Positions 9,639 through 20,503 of a stretch of DNA of 59,594 bases are shown here, piece after piece. A model generated the notes under the pieces. It saw only the letters and a list, made by a program, of their open reading frames with translations, ran no database searches and was not told the origin of the DNA. This DNA is from a virus. Its lineage: Duplodnaviria > Caudoviricetes. How positions within the stretch are numbered: the stretch's first letter is position 1; every line of letters starts with the position of its first letter. The stretch covers positions 1 to 59,594 of IMG/VR virus record IMGVR_UViG_3300030055_000360, one strand, 5' to 3'. The translations under genes and the position numbers were made by a program.

Positions 9639-11662
9639 TACCTCCTAAATATATTTATTTTCTCAAAATTTTGAGATTCAATTAAATAGTGTCTATTGCC
9701 TTTGATTTTATCTACTTCTTGCATTAGATCACCATTGGTTGCAATTTTGTTAAAATTTCTACCTTCATCCATGGCACCAGGTTTTTTCCATATGGGTACC
9801 ACATTGAAATGATGATATTTTAAGTAGTCTATTAAATTAGCTACTAATATACCAATAGCCTGTAAACCATTCTTTGTGCTTAAGAAATATACCTTCTCAG
9901 CCTCCCAACGAATCCACCTATAAGCTCTATAATAAGAAGTGCTTGGTGTTGAAGTAGGCATGGAATACCAGTCATAGAGCAACTCCAGTAGTAATTGCAT
10001 AGCTTCTTTACCCGTCACATTAAACCAACCTTGATTGTTTTTGTGCCATATCATAATTATAATATTTACTAAATCCAGCATTATTTCTACTGACACATCA
10101 TAAGTAGGAATACTCCAATCTGTGCCCCAGCTCTTACCCCATTCAATAGGATGATTGCTATAACGTAAATACTCAAAGTTATCATTATTTAATAAGTCAC
10201 CCATTTTGCTATAATCTTTATTAGGTACAATTAGCTTATCCTTTGGGTGGGTATCACTTAACCACCACCATCGCTTGGTCACATTAATAAATTTAGTGTT
10301 TTCTTTATATATCCCATTTACTATATTACTGCATAAGTATCTACTTTCCTCACCGTATAGGTCTATCATTTTTACTTTTAATTTAGACAAATATTTCTCT
10401 AATTCTTTGTATATGTTTATAGTAGTCATATGACTTAGATAAGATTCTGGATTTTTATAAACAGGTATTATTACTTGTTTACCTAGATAATTCTCTTTAT
10501 TCTTAAATACTGAAATTAAGATTTCTTTACTTAAATAATTTTTATGACTCAAGTCAAATATAGGGATAAGGTCTTCTCTATAGAAATACTTTTTGTTTTT
10601 ATCTTTAATCATAGGAATTAATAATTCTCTATAGAAATGCTTCACATTAGGATTTTTAATTAGAGGGTATCTAGCTTCTCTATGAAAATATTTTTTAGTA
10701 CCATCTTTAATTATGCTGGCTATATATTCCCTAGCTGAATACCTTTGACTATTATCTTTAATTATGCCTGTTATAATCTCACTATTTAAAGATAGCGGTT
10801 TATCACTTTTACCCAGGGAATGGGCAATTTCCCTACTTAGATATCCCTCTTTGTTTCTTAATAAATCAATTAAATGTTCTCTATATAAAGGGGTCCTAGT
10901 AACACACTTAACTAAGTTGATAAGACTTTCAGCCTCTAATTGATACTCTGTAAGGGACTTGCTTATCTCTTTTGGGTTAATGTATAAGGATTTTCTATCA
11001 TCAAGGGATATAGATATTTCATCTTTAATTAAGGAATTAATTTCATTTTTTTGGATACCCAAATTATCAGGCCTATTTATTAATTTATAATAATACTTAC
11101 TTAATTCATGATTATTAGTTTCTAGTGAATAGTTTATATATTGACTAATATCATTTTCTAAATCACAAATGTATTTATTCTTAAAGTCTTTACTTATAGG
11201 TGCATATTTATTTTTATAAAGGTTATAGATTTTGGTTTTTTTATCTATATTACTTAGACTCTTATATACATAAATGCCTCTAGATTTACCTATGCTAGGA
11301 TAATAATTATTGGATAATGTTATAGAGTCCCCTATAAACATTTGCCTTACCTCTGATGATATTAATCCCTTACATTTTCGTTTATCTAGTATAATAGTAT
11401 CTCTTTCTACAATATGAGAAGTATTGATCTGAATATGAGTAGAATAGGAACTTAATTCTTTTCCATAATCTTTATTTATTACTTGATCTTCATTATATAT
11501 ATAGATATCCTGGAACTTATCAATTTCAGTCACTTTATCCTTGTTAATTGATTTAGTCTCTGTCTTGCTTATACCTTCATTAATATAATTAAATGAGACA
11601 CTAGAAAGGGTGTCCCTCACATATCTAAAACTACATAAGGGAATTGTTGTATGTGAGAGCAT
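9638..11662 (-). CDS. Large tail-cluster protein with internal ~17-aa repeats
   Basis: Repeats of K.F.RE...P.IK in the central region; Trp-rich C-terminal domain. Confidence 0.5.
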   Translation of the reverse strand: MLSHTTIPLCSFRYVRDTLSSVSFNYINEGISKTETKSINKDKVTEIDKFQDIYIYNEDQVINKDYGKELSSYSTHIQINTSHIVERDTIILDKRKCKGLISSEVRQMFIGDSITLSNNYYPSIGKSRGIYVYKSLSNIDKKTKIYNLYKNKYAPISKDFKNKYICDLENDISQYINYSLETNNHELSKYYYKLINRPDNLGIQKNEINSLIKDEISISLDDRKSLYINPKEISKSLTEYQLEAESLINLVKCVTRTPLYREHLIDLLRNKEGYLSREIAHSLGKSDKPLSLNSEIITGIIKDNSQRYSAREYIASIIKDGTKKYFHREARYPLIKNPNVKHFYRELLIPMIKDKNKKYFYREDLIPIFDLSHKNYLSKEILISVFKNKENYLGKQVIIPVYKNPESYLSHMTTINIYKELEKYLSKLKVKMIDLYGEESRYLCSNIVNGIYKENTKFINVTKRWWWLSDTHPKDKLIVPNKDYSKMGDLLNNDNFEYLRYSNHPIEWGKSWGTDWSIPTYDVSVEIMLDLVNIIIMIWHKNNQGWFNVTGKEAMQLLLELLYDWYSMPTSTPSTSYYRAYRWIRWEAEKVYFLSTKNGLQAIGILVANLIDYLKYHHFNVVPIWKKPGAMDEGRNFNKIATNGDLMQEVDKIKGNRHYLIESQNFEKINIFRR

Positions 11663-11673
11663 TTATACCACCT

Positions 11674-12930
11674 CTATTCTACTGTTTTATAACATCTAAG
11701 AGCTATGCAGTAATTAACCTGAGCACTATTATTTAAAAAGTTATAAGGAGCTGTAATCTTAAACTTCTTATAGTATTCTTCCTCTGCAGTATCTTTCTTG
11801 TAGGCTAGTTTATCCATATCATAGATACTTGAAGCATCCCCTACTAACACATTAATCATTTTTCCTCTTTCCATGTCAATAGGGTGTACTAGAGTAACAT
11901 CACTAAACTGGTGCTTCTTATGATTCCATCTAGAGCCTTCCACATTACATTTATCCATAAAAGGATTAGTGGCATAAAAAGCAGGGTAATGTGGTTGATA
12001 GGGCATACCAATTTTACTAGCTATCATGCAAACATCGGTCACACCAGTAGCAGTTCTTTCACCATATGGTTTTGCATAACTAGGTTCCACATCTGAGCTA
12101 GTTGTTATAGCAAAGTTAAATACATCATCGGTAGTGGCTGAATCTTCAAGGGGTTTTAATGCCCCTATATAAGCATAACTGGTTAGGTAATTTTCATAGG
12201 GTGCGGTATCAGCCGAGGGATCACCTCTTAAAACTAAATTTATACTATCTTTTGTAATATTTAACCAGTATTGTACTGGCAGGAAATCTTTAATAGTTGG
12301 TGGTAGATACTTATACCAAGCTAATTTAAAATTATAAATCTGTTGTAATCCTGTTGCCATGTCTAGGTCATTACCTTCAGTATTTAAGCTACTTGATATC
12401 TGCAATCTTAAATTATTCAGAGCATTACCTTTGGTCATTGCACTTACGTAATCATCGAAGCTAGAGGTGTTACCACTATATACATCAGCCCCCCCTGTAC
12501 CCTTAGTTATACCATACATAAGTTCTAATACTTCAGCATCATTTCTATGAGATATATACCCTGAGCCAGTATTGTAGGTATGATTAGACTCAAAAGCTTT
12601 TATTGCTTTTTTCTCCTCACCTGATAAGTCCGCATGTATTCTATCTATTTTCACATAGAAAGACTCACCATAAGTTGTGGTAGCCTCAATAATACACATG
12701 TCTTTTATATTATTTACTGAGAAAGTTGTAGTACTCACTTTGGTAGTTGTACTCCCATCGGTTATAAGGTCTACTGTTGTTGTTGTAGATACACCAATCT
12801 CATTAATAGAGGATGGATATACCAGGTTCCATTTATATATCCCTGCATTCTCAGTTATCTCTTTTACTAAGTTTTTAACTAGATTTTTTACACTGGTATT
12901 TCCTTCTACATAATAAAAATTATCTGCCAT
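11674..12930 (-). CDS. Virion structural (baseplate-associated) protein
   Basis: Long ORF in the tail operon; start MADNF chosen from the SD. Confidence 0.5.
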   Translation of the reverse strand: MADNFYYVEGNTSVKNLVKNLVKEITENAGIYKWNLVYPSSINEIGVSTTTTVDLITDGSTTTKVSTTTFSVNNIKDMCIIEATTTYGESFYVKIDRIHADLSGEEKKAIKAFESNHTYNTGSGYISHRNDAEVLELMYGITKGTGGADVYSGNTSSFDDYVSAMTKGNALNNLRLQISSSLNTEGNDLDMATGLQQIYNFKLAWYKYLPPTIKDFLPVQYWLNITKDSINLVLRGDPSADTAPYENYLTSYAYIGALKPLEDSATTDDVFNFAITTSSDVEPSYAKPYGERTATGVTDVCMIASKIGMPYQPHYPAFYATNPFMDKCNVEGSRWNHKKHQFSDVTLVHPIDMERGKMINVLVGDASSIYDMDKLAYKKDTAEEEYYKKFKITAPYNFLNNSAQVNYCIALRCYKTVE

Positions 12931-12931
12931 T

Positions 12932-13990
12932 TTAAAGTCCTCCATTCAATGTTTTTATTTTCTTATCTAATCCTATTATTTCTAGAGTGTTTAAATTTAT
13001 GGTACAAACACCTATTAAATAATCACTATTATTTTCTAAAGTAACACTCATTTCTCTAAGTAAATTATTATTACCTAAAGAATCTTTACCATATATTTTT
13101 ATACTTATGGGGTGGGTTAATATTACAGCATTGTAATTATGAACGTATATAGCTAGAGAGCTATTCTTATGCCCCTTCACACTAAGTATCTCAGGGTCGG
13201 TACTTTGCATATGACTTCTACAGTCAAAATTCATATATAAACCTTGATCCGTTAATTGATCTTTGGTACCAAAATATATATGTTTATCACCAATAATGCC
13301 ATGCAAATCTAAATCACCACTAGAATATTCTTCCCAATTCATTACTACAGCCACATCCCATGCATTAATAATATCTTCTATTCCTGGTCCAGTAGGATTT
13401 GGTGTTGGTGGATCAATAGGTGGGGGTAGTGGCTCTGTTCTTTCAATATACTCAAGATCTATCATGGTCTGTCTACTATTACCACTCCTATTATCTAAAG
13501 TGAAATCAATAGGCGTATTAGCATTGACTAAGAAGTAGGTATTAAAATACTTATGCTCTCCTATTTCTTTAATAGTTGCATTATTAATTATTTTTTGTTT
13601 ATTGATTTCTAGAGTATACCTATCATTCTTTTTCCATCCTGTTTGATTGAATTGCAAACCAGTAAGGTATATATCTTTCTCAAATTGGAAGGATTCTTTA
13701 GTAACTCTAATAATAGGAGGCACATCTAATAATCTACCCTCTACCTTCTGTATACCCATAATATCTTGATATACTATATCATTTATGATTATTCTTATTC
13801 TTCTATATTGTTCAGTGGGTAGCAGTTCCTTTATGTCTTCTAACATAGCCTCAAGATTATTTGTGTTAAGTTTGGGGTATTTATTATTTAATTCATTGTT
13901 AATTATTCGCAATAGCTTTTCTTTGAATAATTGGGTCAGTTCGTCAAAGTTAATAACATACTTTGGAAAGCTATCTTGAGTAAGATTCAT
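12932..13990 (-). CDS. Tail-cluster protein with Pro-rich linker and C-terminal YfaP/DUF2135-like domain
   Basis: PPPIDPPTPNP linker followed by W......DLDLH...PE....YVHNY. Confidence 0.55.
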   Translation of the reverse strand: MNLTQDSFPKYVINFDELTQLFKEKLLRIINNELNNKYPKLNTNNLEAMLEDIKELLPTEQYRRIRIIINDIVYQDIMGIQKVEGRLLDVPPIIRVTKESFQFEKDIYLTGLQFNQTGWKKNDRYTLEINKQKIINNATIKEIGEHKYFNTYFLVNANTPIDFTLDNRSGNSRQTMIDLEYIERTEPLPPPIDPPTPNPTGPGIEDIINAWDVAVVMNWEEYSSGDLDLHGIIGDKHIYFGTKDQLTDQGLYMNFDCRSHMQSTDPEILSVKGHKNSSLAIYVHNYNAVILTHPISIKIYGKDSLGNNNLLREMSVTLENNSDYLIGVCTINLNTLEIIGLDKKIKTLNGGL

Positions 13991-14556
13991 TAGACATCCT
14001 CTAGGATATTAAAATCCACCCACAATATCTTACTTGATCCACTAGTATTATTATAATTAAATTTAATTACTTGCCCCCCACTAACAGAATAAAACATATT
14101 AAAAAACTTATGCTCACCATATTCTTTTGTTCTTACTGTACTAAATAATTTAGTATCACCCACAACTAAATCCCAACTATCTTCATAATTCCAGGAACTC
14201 AAACTATAGGTTATACCCGTTATTCTGCCAGTAGATGGAACTGTAAATTCTAAACTTTGTTGACCTTCAATAGATGTAATTTCTAACATCTCACCATAAA
14301 TTTTTTGAACCCCTGTTAGACCTAAGTTACCCCCCAAATCTGATAATTTAGCCCCTAGTTGATTAAGGGCAGTAATTAGTGCATTATAATCTACCCCTTG
14401 TATTTTGCCATCTATCTCAGTTAATAATCTTTCAAGTTCATTTGTAGAAAAGGTTATAGCTCCAACATCTACATTTATATTACTTAACATATCACTAAGT
14501 AAATCTGCTAACTCATCCATATTAACAATATAACTAGGCAATCCCATATCTATCAC
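13990..14556 (-). CDS. Tail-cluster protein, paralogous to the N-terminal half of 12932..13990
   Basis: Shared P.Y..N.DEL and TKE.GEHK.FN motifs. Confidence 0.55.
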   Translation of the reverse strand: MIDMGLPSYIVNMDELADLLSDMLSNINVDVGAITFSTNELERLLTEIDGKIQGVDYNALITALNQLGAKLSDLGGNLGLTGVQKIYGEMLEITSIEGQQSLEFTVPSTGRITGITYSLSSWNYEDSWDLVVGDTKLFSTVRTKEYGEHKFFNMFYSVSGGQVIKFNYNNTSGSSKILWVDFNILEDV

Positions 14557-14562
14557 CTGCCT

Positions 14563-14925
14563 TTATTCTACATTAACTATCTCAACTTTACCTGCACTAT
14601 CCCTATGAAGCACAATATCGAAAGAGCCATCTGGGTTTTCTTGTTTAATATAATCAATTTTACCATCTGAGCCTCTGTGAAGAATCTGCTTCCATATATA
14701 TCCTCGAGCATCTTCACCATATTGGATTTCAGTAACTTTACCGTCTGATCCGCGGATAAGCTTACAAGGATACTCCGGTAAATCCGGATAAAAAGGTGGA
14801 ATTACATCGACACCACTTTTAGATCCATCATTGCCATTTATAACAATTCTTTTATTATTTTGTTGCTGCAACCTTTCAAATATAATTTTTGCCGGCTGCA
14901 TGAAATCCTTAAAATAATTAGCCAC
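14563..14925 (-). CDS. Hypothetical baseplate protein with RgsdGK beta-hairpin repeats
   Basis: Three R.S/D.GK(V/I) repeats. Confidence 0.5.
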   Translation of the reverse strand: MANYFKDFMQPAKIIFERLQQQNNKRIVINGNDGSKSGVDVIPPFYPDLPEYPCKLIRGSDGKVTEIQYGEDARGYIWKQILHRGSDGKIDYIKQENPDGSFDIVLHRDSAGKVEIVNVE

Positions 14926-16456
14926 AACCTTCCAACTCCTTTAATCTCCAACATTCGGGATCTACAACCCCAAAAGCATCATCCATCATGATTATTTTCA
15001 CGAAATACCCTTTATATCGCATTGCGGTCGGTGTCATATTTGATATAACACTACCCCAAACCTCGATAATTTTATTATTTCCAATATAGAAACCCATTTC
15101 ACGTTGATCATTGGGCCATGTTACTATGTCACCCGCTTGTAACTGATCTTTTGCGATTGAATAACACCATTCATTTTTAATAGTGGGTTGCGATGTGGTC
15201 AATGCGTCCGGTGACTTCATTCCAATGTCAATTAGTGTATGCGTAATTAATGCCTCATCCTTCATGCCCCATTCATCTTGATCTTGCCTGTAATACATGT
15301 CAGGGTGAAAAGGTATATTTAAATATTTCATAGCTTGGGCAACTATTGCATCTCTCATGCCTTTACAATCTATCATATCGCCTAAAAATTCAATATCATG
15401 CGGGTGAATACATTCCAATGTTAATCGGTCAATATACCCCTCAGTCTCATTAAATACAGTAGTCATACCAATTACGCGATATACATCGGAATTATCATCG
15501 ATTATTGTTTCTATAACCTTATCTACGTCCATATCGATATTACCGTCAGCGGCAACAATGTCTTGCGTTGTGGCACTTCTCCACATTGTACAAATTCTTT
15601 CATGGGCCATGTTTCGGGCCACATCTTTATTTATTGCTAAATCTGAATCAATAACCTCTACATCGTCCCAACCATTCAAATAATTTAACATTTCCTTATC
15701 GGTGAAAACCCAAGATTTTTTCGCCTTCTCATCACTTTCATTTTTAACTAAAATAGTGGGTTTTAACATCGATGTGGATATAGTTGTTGATGCTGCAGTG
15801 ATGTGATCAACCTCATCATATTTAAAATCAAATCCACTGGTATATTCTAAATATACGGGTTTTACAATCATAGTTCCGTCTTTTTGTGCCATAATAACGG
15901 CATCTAAACTCTGACATAGTTCAACTATGGCATCATATATATTTTGGCCATTTTCTATTGTATATTTTTTCAATAACACGGCTTTTTCAATCACTTTAGG
16001 ATCTAAATTGACCGTAACACCTACAATTCCCGCCAACATTGCAATTACAGTTGTATTATAAACTTCCTTGTATGTTACTTTTGGCATCGGATGGGCGTTT
16101 AATCCCCGTTTTAATAGGATACTATTATCATGCAATGTCAGATCCACTTGCTGATTATCACTAGATATTTTATAGTTAACCAACCAACCAGTGAATTGAA
16201 TTTTCCCATTAATAAATATCTGCATTTTATCCATTGGATCAGTGATTACATTAGCATCATTTGCAACTGATTTTCTAACTAATGGCGTTCCGTTTGAGTA
16301 AGGAATACCATCACATAGCAACTTACATTCATTTATATTGGTTCCGGAACGCCTATCAATATTGATATTAATAATGTATTGTGAAATATCGCTTTGTGAT
16401 GATAATGTTTTATTTCCTGTTTTTCTTTGGCTATACACTATAAAATCGTTTATCAA
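14918..16456 (-). CDS. Baseplate hub/Tal-like protein with degenerate C-terminal NlpC/P60 domain
   Basis: Follows Dit; F.G....; A.KYL.IPF...QAGD.V...GFYIGNNKIIE. Confidence 0.7.
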   Translation of the reverse strand: MINDFIVYSQRKTGNKTLSSQSDISQYIININIDRRSGTNINECKLLCDGIPYSNGTPLVRKSVANDANVITDPMDKMQIFINGKIQFTGWLVNYKISSDNQQVDLTLHDNSILLKRGLNAHPMPKVTYKEVYNTTVIAMLAGIVGVTVNLDPKVIEKAVLLKKYTIENGQNIYDAIVELCQSLDAVIMAQKDGTMIVKPVYLEYTSGFDFKYDEVDHITAASTTISTSMLKPTILVKNESDEKAKKSWVFTDKEMLNYLNGWDDVEVIDSDLAINKDVARNMAHERICTMWRSATTQDIVAADGNIDMDVDKVIETIIDDNSDVYRVIGMTTVFNETEGYIDRLTLECIHPHDIEFLGDMIDCKGMRDAIVAQAMKYLNIPFHPDMYYRQDQDEWGMKDEALITHTLIDIGMKSPDALTTSQPTIKNEWCYSIAKDQLQAGDIVTWPNDQREMGFYIGNNKIIEVWGSVISNMTPTAMRYKGYFVKIIMMDDAFGVVDPECWRLKELEGCG

Positions 16457-16863
16457 GTGCCACTCACCTCACAATTACAAATCATCTCTACACCCACATA
16501 ATAAATATCGCCCTCTATAGGCATGTCCATGGACATATTGTCTTGAATTCTGCCAGTATAGATATAATTCCATTCATCAATAAAGGTGAACAAATCCACA
16601 CCTGCATGTGCTAGGAATTTTTTATAAGAGTCCTTGCCGTGAGTAGATATATCAAATACCACACTAAATTTTATTTTAGTATCATTCTTACCTTTAATGC
16701 TCTGAAATCTAGTATTACCCTTTAGTGGTTTATTCTTTATAAGCTTAAAGGATGGTAAGGCCGGAGTGTAATTAGTGATTACCGCAATGACTTCTGAACC
16801 ATCCTCATATTTTAAAGTAAGACCATCCAAGTAATCTTCGGTAACTCCATAAGAGTTAGACAT
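16453..16863 (-). CDS. Distal tail (Dit-like) protein
   Basis: Small ORF between the TMP and the hub gene. Confidence 0.55.
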   Translation of the reverse strand: MSNSYGVTEDYLDGLTLKYEDGSEVIAVITNYTPALPSFKLIKNKPLKGNTRFQSIKGKNDTKIKFSVVFDISTHGKDSYKKFLAHAGVDLFTFIDEWNYIYTGRIQDNMSMDMPIEGDIYYVGVEMICNCEVSGT

Positions 16864-16879
16864 TAACTATCACTCCTTT

Positions 16880-19800
16880 CTATAGTCTTAATGCATCGGC
16901 CATGAACTCATCAACCATACTGTTTTTTACGGCGTTATGGGCCATGCTCTTTAATTCACTTGTAAGTTGTGCGGTTCCCTTTGCTCCTGTGTCTGCAATT
17001 GATATTTGCATCTTTATATTAGGCGTAAAATTATACTGTTTCGGAACATTGTTTCTTAAGCTGCTACTTGATCCATTGTAATCGCCGGTCAAGGCTGCAT
17101 TACTAAGATTAAAATTAGGTTTAACATTACCAAGATTTTTAATCTTATTACCGAGAGCTCCAAATTTAGAAGTAATTGCAGTATCTTGTGAGTCTAACCC
17201 ATTTACAAGTCCTTCACCAATGAAACCACCATATTCGTGAAATATCTTTGAGGGTGAGTTTATCCCCAATAAACTTTTAAAAGTGTTTTTTATGGTATTA
17301 CCAATAGATTCAATACAATTCTTTATACCTTCAACACCACTTATAATCCCATTTAAAAGCCCATCCACAATATTAGTACCAAACCCCTCAAAAATAGACC
17401 CTAATCCCGAAAATATATTGATTGCAAAATCTCTAATGCCTTCCCATATAGCTTTAAGTTTAGGGCCAATGGAATCCCAATTACTCCATAATAAATAACT
17501 CGCAGCAACAAGAGCCGTAATAGCCAAAACTACAATACCTATAGGACTGGTTAATGCTGCCATAACAGTCGTAAATATAGATGTTGCTAATGATAACGCA
17601 TTAGTAGTTATAGTAGCTATTTTTGAAGCTGCACTCGATGTATTTATTGCACTTGTATACAATTTAAATTTATCAGTTATAGAAGCAACTACACCTACGC
17701 TAGATGACATTTCAATTTTATTTGTTGCCCAATCAATCGCCATTTCTTTTAATTTTGAACCCATTGAGCCAAGTACACTGCTTAATATAGATGCTGCAGG
17801 TACTGGCAAATTCTCAAGCGCCCCATTAATATAAGAAGATATTTTATTTATACCTAATGAAATAACCGGGAAATTATCATCCATAGATCCAATAATAGCG
17901 CTCACGGCCTCACCACTATATGAAGAAACTAATTCCGATGTTGTATCTGAATTAATTACATTTTCAAACCCTTTAGTAATTTTATTAGCAGTATTAGTTG
18001 TGGCATCACCAACGCGATCACTATGAGAATCAATCCCTTGAACAAGTCCTTCACCAATATTAACACCATAACCCCTGAATACTCTTGAAGGTGAGTTTAT
18101 ATCAAATATTTTTTTAAATAATGTTTTAATACCCTCAGCCATGTTTCCAACTTTTTCAAAAACAAAGTCCCAACCTTTTTCAAGGCCACTAATTAATCCT
18201 TCCCAAATCGAAGAGCCAATCCAGCTCATAAAATCCTTGAATCCGTCCCATATTCCTGTCCACTTATCGATTGCATCACTAAACCACTGACCAATTTTAT
18301 CGCATATACTTGCGATATTATTAAATAGATCAGTAAACCATTCTTTTATTTGGCCCCAATGTTCCCATATTTTTATGGGTATAGCTAGAAAAGGAAATAA
18401 AATAGATAAAATGGTTGTACCCCATTGCGAAAAAAAGCTTTTAAGCCATTCCCAAAATCCACTAAATATACCTTTAACCCAATCCCAAAATCCTCCGAAA
18501 TACTCTTTCAGATCGTCCCAATGTTTAATTACCTCATAAACTATAAATCCTATAGCGGCAACTATAGCCACAATTGCTAATACATATGGGTTCATTAATG
18601 CGGGTAATGCTGAAACTATATTAACTATTTTTGTAATTCCCGTAAATACGCTTATAACCGTTCTCACGCTTTCGATTAGTTTAGCCAATATAATTAATAC
18701 TGGACCTACTGCCGCTGCCACCAATGCAATTTTAACGATAAATTCTTGAGTCTCTTTAGGCAATGCACTAAATTTATTTACAAGATCCCCGATATAGTTA
18801 GCACATTGTTTGATCATTGGTGCTAATACATCACCAATTTTAATTGCTGCAGTTTCAAGTGATCCTTTCATTGCCTCAACTGAACCTTTTAAGTTGTCTT
18901 GCATTGTTCCGGCCATTTCCTTTGATGCTCCATCACAACTAGCAAGGGACGTACTTAATTTATTAAGCTTTTCTGGCCCTTGATCTACAAGTGTTAACAT
19001 TCCGGACATGGCCTCTTTACCAAACAAGGTTGCGAAAGCTGATGCCTTTTGCTCTGAGGTTAAATCTACCGTTTTATCTTTTAAAATCGACACAACTTCA
19101 CCCAAAGGTTTCATTTTTCCATTTGCATCAAATGCCTTTATACCTAAATTCTCCATTAATTTTGCGGCTCCATCACTTGGATTTGCAAGATTAATCAAAG
19201 CACCTCTTAAAACAGTTCCGGCTTGGCCTCCTTGAATACCCGCATCAGATAACATACCAATAGCTGCTGAGGTATCTTCCAAACTTATTCCTAATGCCTT
19301 AGAAACCGGAGCGATGTATTTCATCGCCTCACCCGTATCTAAAATACCGGCATTTGTATCTCCGGCAAGTTTAGCAAGTACATCACCAACGTGACCAACT
19401 TTTTCAGCCTCCAACCCGAAACCTCTAAGTGTTGAACCGGCGATACTTGCTGCATCTGAAATACTAACTGCACCCGCTGCCGCTAAATCTAAAACCCCAG
19501 GCATGGCAGTCATTATTTCACTTGTTTTAAATCCGGCTGATGCTAGATCTTCCATACCATTTGCGGCTTCACTAGCACTAAAATTTGTATCGGCTCCAAG
19601 CTGAATTGCCTGGTTCCTTAAACCGTCAAATTCTTCTCCAACCGCACCACTTATCGCCTTAACCTTTGACATTTGGGCCTCGAAATCCATCGATGCTCCA
19701 ACGGCAGCCGCACCAATTCCGGCTATTGGTAATGTTACCTTTTTTGTTAATTCACTACCAACACCACTCATTGCACTTGTTAAACTTTGAATACCGCCAC

Positions 19801-19906
19801 CATTTGCAAAGTTCTTAAGATCTGAACCTGCTGCAGATAATGAATTTTTAAAACCGGACATATCCAGTTCAAGAAAGGCGATAGCGGTTCCGACATTTAT
19901 TGCCAT
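16880..19906 (-). CDS. Tail tape measure protein (TP901 family core)
   Basis: DFEAQMSKVKAIS...FSASEAA...LAAAG; Trp-periodic repeats; 1008 aa. Confidence 0.95.
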   Translation of the reverse strand: MAINVGTAIAFLELDMSGFKNSLSAAGSDLKNFANGGGIQSLTSAMSGVGSELTKKVTLPIAGIGAAAVGASMDFEAQMSKVKAISGAVGEEFDGLRNQAIQLGADTNFSASEAANGMEDLASAGFKTSEIMTAMPGVLDLAAAGAVSISDAASIAGSTLRGFGLEAEKVGHVGDVLAKLAGDTNAGILDTGEAMKYIAPVSKALGISLEDTSAAIGMLSDAGIQGGQAGTVLRGALINLANPSDGAAKLMENLGIKAFDANGKMKPLGEVVSILKDKTVDLTSEQKASAFATLFGKEAMSGMLTLVDQGPEKLNKLSTSLASCDGASKEMAGTMQDNLKGSVEAMKGSLETAAIKIGDVLAPMIKQCANYIGDLVNKFSALPKETQEFIVKIALVAAAVGPVLIILAKLIESVRTVISVFTGITKIVNIVSALPALMNPYVLAIVAIVAAIGFIVYEVIKHWDDLKEYFGGFWDWVKGIFSGFWEWLKSFFSQWGTTILSILFPFLAIPIKIWEHWGQIKEWFTDLFNNIASICDKIGQWFSDAIDKWTGIWDGFKDFMSWIGSSIWEGLISGLEKGWDFVFEKVGNMAEGIKTLFKKIFDINSPSRVFRGYGVNIGEGLVQGIDSHSDRVGDATTNTANKITKGFENVINSDTTSELVSSYSGEAVSAIIGSMDDNFPVISLGINKISSYINGALENLPVPAASILSSVLGSMGSKLKEMAIDWATNKIEMSSSVGVVASITDKFKLYTSAINTSSAASKIATITTNALSLATSIFTTVMAALTSPIGIVVLAITALVAASYLLWSNWDSIGPKLKAIWEGIRDFAINIFSGLGSIFEGFGTNIVDGLLNGIISGVEGIKNCIESIGNTIKNTFKSLLGINSPSKIFHEYGGFIGEGLVNGLDSQDTAITSKFGALGNKIKNLGNVKPNFNLSNAALTGDYNGSSSSLRNNVPKQYNFTPNIKMQISIADTGAKGTAQLTSELKSMAHNAVKNSMVDEFMADALRL

Positions 19907-19951
19907 ACTCTATCTCACCCCCTTTTTGTGCAAAATAAAAAGATCATATTT

Positions 19952-20278
19952 CTATGATCCGTAAAGTTTCTTATATCCTTTTGAAATTTCTAAATTCCTA
20001 TTGTACAACGTGTCATACTTTGATATTAATAGTTTTACTCCTTCATCATCACGTTTTAATTCAGATAAGTCCTTTCTAATGATCTCCATTTCTCTCAAAT
20101 TATTTTTAAATTCTTGATCTTGGTACATGACCACATATTCATGTCTACACTTTGGGCAAGAAAAATAAGATTTTTCAACACTCTCACCAATTTTCTTAAC
20201 TTTCATAATTTTAGATTTTAATTTAAATTTGTGATTACACTTGTCGCAAGTAGCAGATTTATATTGTACTGTGGCCAT
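19952..20278 (-). CDS. Zn-ribbon small protein
   Basis: CDKC...CPKC motifs. Confidence 0.6.
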   Translation of the reverse strand: MATVQYKSATCDKCNHKFKLKSKIMKVKKIGESVEKSYFSCPKCRHEYVVMYQDQEFKNNLREMEIIRKDLSELKRDDEGVKLLISKYDTLYNRNLEISKGYKKLYGS

Positions 20279-20290
20279 TTGATCACGTCC

Positions 20291-20503
20291 TTATCTGTTA
20301 TTAGATTTAAAGTATTCGATCAGATCATCGTTACCATGTTGTGTTTCATCATCAAATCTTGGCTCTTTGGCATCTTCTTTATTAAGTTCATTTAGTATAT
20401 ATGAACATGCCTCATCAAAACAAAAGGCTTCATACTCACTATTTAGATTAATTATCTGACTTGGCCTTATTTTGTAATTTTTCGCCATCGTCAGAACTGA
20501 CAT
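20291..20503 (-). CDS. Tail assembly chaperone, downstream (gpT-like) frame
   Basis: Overlaps the 3' end of the chaperone gene in the +1 frame; upstream of the TMP (one small gene between). Confidence 0.65.
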   Translation of the reverse strand: MSVLTMAKNYKIRPSQIINLNSEYEAFCFDEACSYILNELNKEDAKEPRFDDETQHGNDDLIEYFKSNNR

